Positions 61,727 through 64,000 of a stretch of 64,000 nucleotides of DNA are shown piece by piece; position 1 is the first letter of the stretch; every line of letters starts with the position of its first letter. The position numbers were made by a program, and so were the translations under genes. The stretch spans positions 265,174 through 329,173 of the forward strand of contig JASKOM010000001.1 of assembly GCA_030152305.1 (NCBI GenBank), written 5' to 3'. The stretch is from Campylobacterota bacterium (GTDB lineage Bacteria > Campylobacterota > Campylobacteria > Campylobacterales > Thiovulaceae). Under the pieces are notes generated by a model. It was not told the origin of the DNA. It ran no database searches and saw only the letters and a program-made list of their open reading frames with translations.

Positions 61727-62374
61727 CTATCTCATAGAGAAAAATCTCTCTCCATTTATAGTTATCGAGCCATCATTATTTAATATGGCTTGTGAGAGAG
61801 AAATTTTTTCTGAACTATTATTTATATTAAAAAATAAATTTCTTGATTTCTCAAATTCTAATTTATACTCTTCAAATAATTCAATCCAACTTAATTTTTC
61901 ATGTAATTTATTTAAAATAGCTTGAATAATATTTTTATTATTTTTGTTATCGCAATTTACATAACCGAAATCTTCAGTTTTATAAATATTAATTCCAATA
62001 CCGATTATTGCAAAACTACCAATTACATTCGTAATAATTCCACCAAATTTTATATCTTGATTATATAAATCGTTTGGCCATTTAAGCCAGATATTTTCAT
62101 TGCTACATTTTTTTAAAACTTGCAACGAAACTAAAGCAAAATATACCGAAAGTGATTGAAGAGGTAAATCTTTTGGTAATTCATTAATTTTAATTGCAAC
62201 CGAAAAAAAAATATTATTTCGAGTGTTCAACCAATTATTGCCTCGACTTCCTATTCCAGAAGTTTGGGAATCTGTATAAACAGCTAAATTATTTATTAAT
62301 TTTTTTTCACGAATTAAATTTAATAAATATAACTGTGTAGATTCTAATTCATTAAAATATATTAATTCGAGAAT
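61727..62374 (-). CDS. birA: biotin--[acetyl-CoA-carboxylase] ligase, start codon uncertain
   Basis: KWPNDLYNQDIKFGGIITN lies in the ORF-track model (start TTG 62230). The conserved upstream part (ELESTQLYLLN..., DSQTSGIGSRGNNW) is in the same open frame with no ATG/GTG/TTG. A possible ATT start lies at 62372-62374. Confidence 0.7.
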   Translation of the reverse strand: MLELIYFNELESTQLYLLNLIREKKLINNLAVYTDSQTSGIGSRGNNWLNTRNNIFFSVAIKINELPKDLPLQSLSVYFALVSLQVLKKCSNENIWLKWPNDLYNQDIKFGGIITNVIGSFAIIGIGINIYKTEDFGYVNCDNKNNKNIIQAILNKLHEKLSWIELFEEYKLEFEKSRNLFFNINNSSEKISLSQAILNNDGSITINGERFFSMR

Positions 62375-63513
62375 TTGTAACCCTTTGGAATAAGCATATA
62401 AAATTCGCCATCTCGTTTTGTTTTACCAGCTAATTCACCAGCTTCTTTTCCAAAACCAAAAAATAAATCAGCTCGAATAACTCCTTTGATTGCACCACCG
62501 CGATCTTGAGCCATAAATAAATGATTTAATATTTTATCTTTTGGTTGATCTGGTGATTTTATAAAAATAGGCATACCCAAAGGAATATATTTTGTATCAA
62601 CGGCAATTGTGCTTTTTGGAACTAGATTTGTTGCCATAGCACCAAAAGCCCGACCACTTGGCTGTTCGCTAAAAAATACAAAACTTTTATTAGAATGCAA
62701 TACCTCATCAGCTTCATTAGGATGATCTTTAACCCATTTGCTAATAAATTCAGCTGATAATTTATAAATAGGTATTCCATAATGTTTATTTATATATCCA
62801 CCGACAGAAGTATAATCGTAACCATTTTTAGCAGAAAAGCCAACACCAATAATTGAGCCATCGTCAAGACGAACAGAACCTGAACCCTGAACTTGCAAAA
62901 AGAGTCGTTCAACTCGATCTTCAACCCAGCAAATTACTTTAGCAGGAGGCGGATCTTTATCAATTTCTTCATGAGTTTTATAAGGCAATTTGAAATCTTT
63001 TGGTTTTTCATATAATGGATATTGAAATTGTTCAGTTTTTTTTCGACTGCCATTTAACAATGGAACATAATAACCTGTAACAGTTCCTGTCCATCTTAAA
63101 TTTTTATTATCAGCTATAAAATATGGAACAAAATTTTCTTCAAAAAATTGTGTAATTTGTTCGTTATTTGGATCAATACCCCAAAGTTCTCGACCTTTAT
63201 CACAAATCGAAGGAATATTAACAGATCGAGGTTTTTCGCAACCTCGTAAAAATGCTTCGAAACTGCCAAGTTTTTTGTCGTTTTGCCAACCGCGAATTTC
63301 GACATAATCAGTAGATATTAATTCCATATCTCCAATAGTTATAATATTTCTTGATTGAAAGTTTGGCAAAAATTTTTTTATTTGAAGTCTAAACTGTTCT
63401 TTACTAGAAGTCAATTGTTCTTCAGGTTCATTATCAAATCTACTACTACAACCAGAAATATAAAATATCGTAGAAACAGATAAAAATAGTTTAGTTATTA
63501 GAATTTTTTTCAT
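62362..63513 (-). CDS. mltA: membrane-bound lytic murein transglycosylase A
   Basis: 383 aa with lipobox ISGCSS. MltA and 3D-domain sequence: AQDRGGAIKGVIRADLFFGFGKEAGELAG. Confidence 0.8.
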   Translation of the reverse strand: MKKILITKLFLSVSTIFYISGCSSRFDNEPEEQLTSSKEQFRLQIKKFLPNFQSRNIITIGDMELISTDYVEIRGWQNDKKLGSFEAFLRGCEKPRSVNIPSICDKGRELWGIDPNNEQITQFFEENFVPYFIADNKNLRWTGTVTGYYVPLLNGSRKKTEQFQYPLYEKPKDFKLPYKTHEEIDKDPPPAKVICWVEDRVERLFLQVQGSGSVRLDDGSIIGVGFSAKNGYDYTSVGGYINKHYGIPIYKLSAEFISKWVKDHPNEADEVLHSNKSFVFFSEQPSGRAFGAMATNLVPKSTIAVDTKYIPLGMPIFIKSPDQPKDKILNHLFMAQDRGGAIKGVIRADLFFGFGKEAGELAGKTKRDGEFYMLIPKGYKFSN

Positions 63514-63560
63514 TTATAATTTCAAGATGTTAATTTATTAAAAACATATATTAATAAATA

Positions 63561-64000
63561 TTACTGTTTTAAATATTCTGTTAATGGTTGTTTATTGAAC
63601 ATATCATAAAAAGATTCATTAATATCATCTTCTTGTGATTCTATACTAAAACCCCAACCGCTATTATTATTAGTAGAAAAACTATCTGCGAAACCGTTAT
63701 TATCACCCCAACCACTATTTTCATTATTGGCTGATTTAAAATATTTTGGATTAGGTTTAAGTTGAATATTTAAATCACCTTTGCTTTTATGTCTAAATAA
63801 AAACTGGAAACTTTCGGGCATATTCTTTTTTTGAGAAGATAAATATTGCTTAACATCAAGTTCATTTTTCATATCAACATCATTTATACTAATTAATCGA
63901 TATGTTGGTCTTAAGCCTTTTTGAGAAAAAGAACTTTGATTATGAACATTGGCAACAAATAAGCCATCATCAAACCAGATACCAAGATTTTCCATAAAAG
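63561..64000 (-). CDS. hypothetical protein (possible PDZ-like segment), probably 5'-truncated by the window end
   Basis: The open frame runs to the window edge. GLFVANVHNQSSFSQKGLRPTYRLISINDVDM is PDZ-like. There is a C-terminal N/G/W-rich tract. Confidence 0.4.
   Translation of the reverse strand, partial: FMENLGIWFDDGLFVANVHNQSSFSQKGLRPTYRLISINDVDMKNELDVKQYLSSQKKNMPESFQFLFRHKSKGDLNIQLKPNPKYFKSANNENSGWGDNNGFADSFSTNNNSGWGFSIESQEDDINESFYDMFNKQPLTEYLKQ

Overview
This is an AT-rich chromosomal segment, roughly 30% G+C by eye. Its gene content looks like Campylobacterota: pglB with a WWDYG motif, hldE, a ppiD-like/ftsA/ftsZ run, groESL, and a tRNA Gly-Leu-Cys-Ser cluster. I cannot name the species.

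Housekeeping genes present: hisS, argH, ruvX, ppa, crcB, hldE, ilvE, leuS, groESL, purL, galU, guaB, pglB, ftsA, ftsZ, birA, mltA.

Three accessory patches interrupt them:
- 5.2-7.05 kb: a small secreted protein, a T5orf172-like gene, and a KilA-N gene bracketed by 44-bp direct repeats.
- 18.96-32.15 kb: one HTH + Rha-KilAC cassette, then two duplicated pairs of AntA-type genes flanking about 6.8 kb of secreted, repeat-rich proteins.
- 37.95-46.1 kb: four tandem HTH + Rha/Bro-KilAC cassettes plus a decayed one, a methyltransferase-nuclease fusion broken by an in-frame TAA, and a DUF2202 lipoprotein.

The window contains no integrase, terminase, capsid, tail, CRISPR or rRNA.

Main signals:
1. 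A conserved leader of about 220 nt sits upstream of each AntA gene. Its helix arms differ in every copy but stay complementary, which resembles the phage P1/P7 c4 antisense logic.
2. The repressor/antirepressor-like cassettes share conserved scaffolds but have swapped specificity segments.
3. The 8-mer GATGAGGT occurs 42 times, in several reading frames and as inverted pairs in terminators. This is the pattern expected of a DNA-uptake sequence.
4. A GTCATCCCGAA...TTCGGGATC palindromic repeat family marks the cassette boundaries.

Several genes carry homopolymer frameshifts or in-frame TAA codons. These could be real decay or assembly error.
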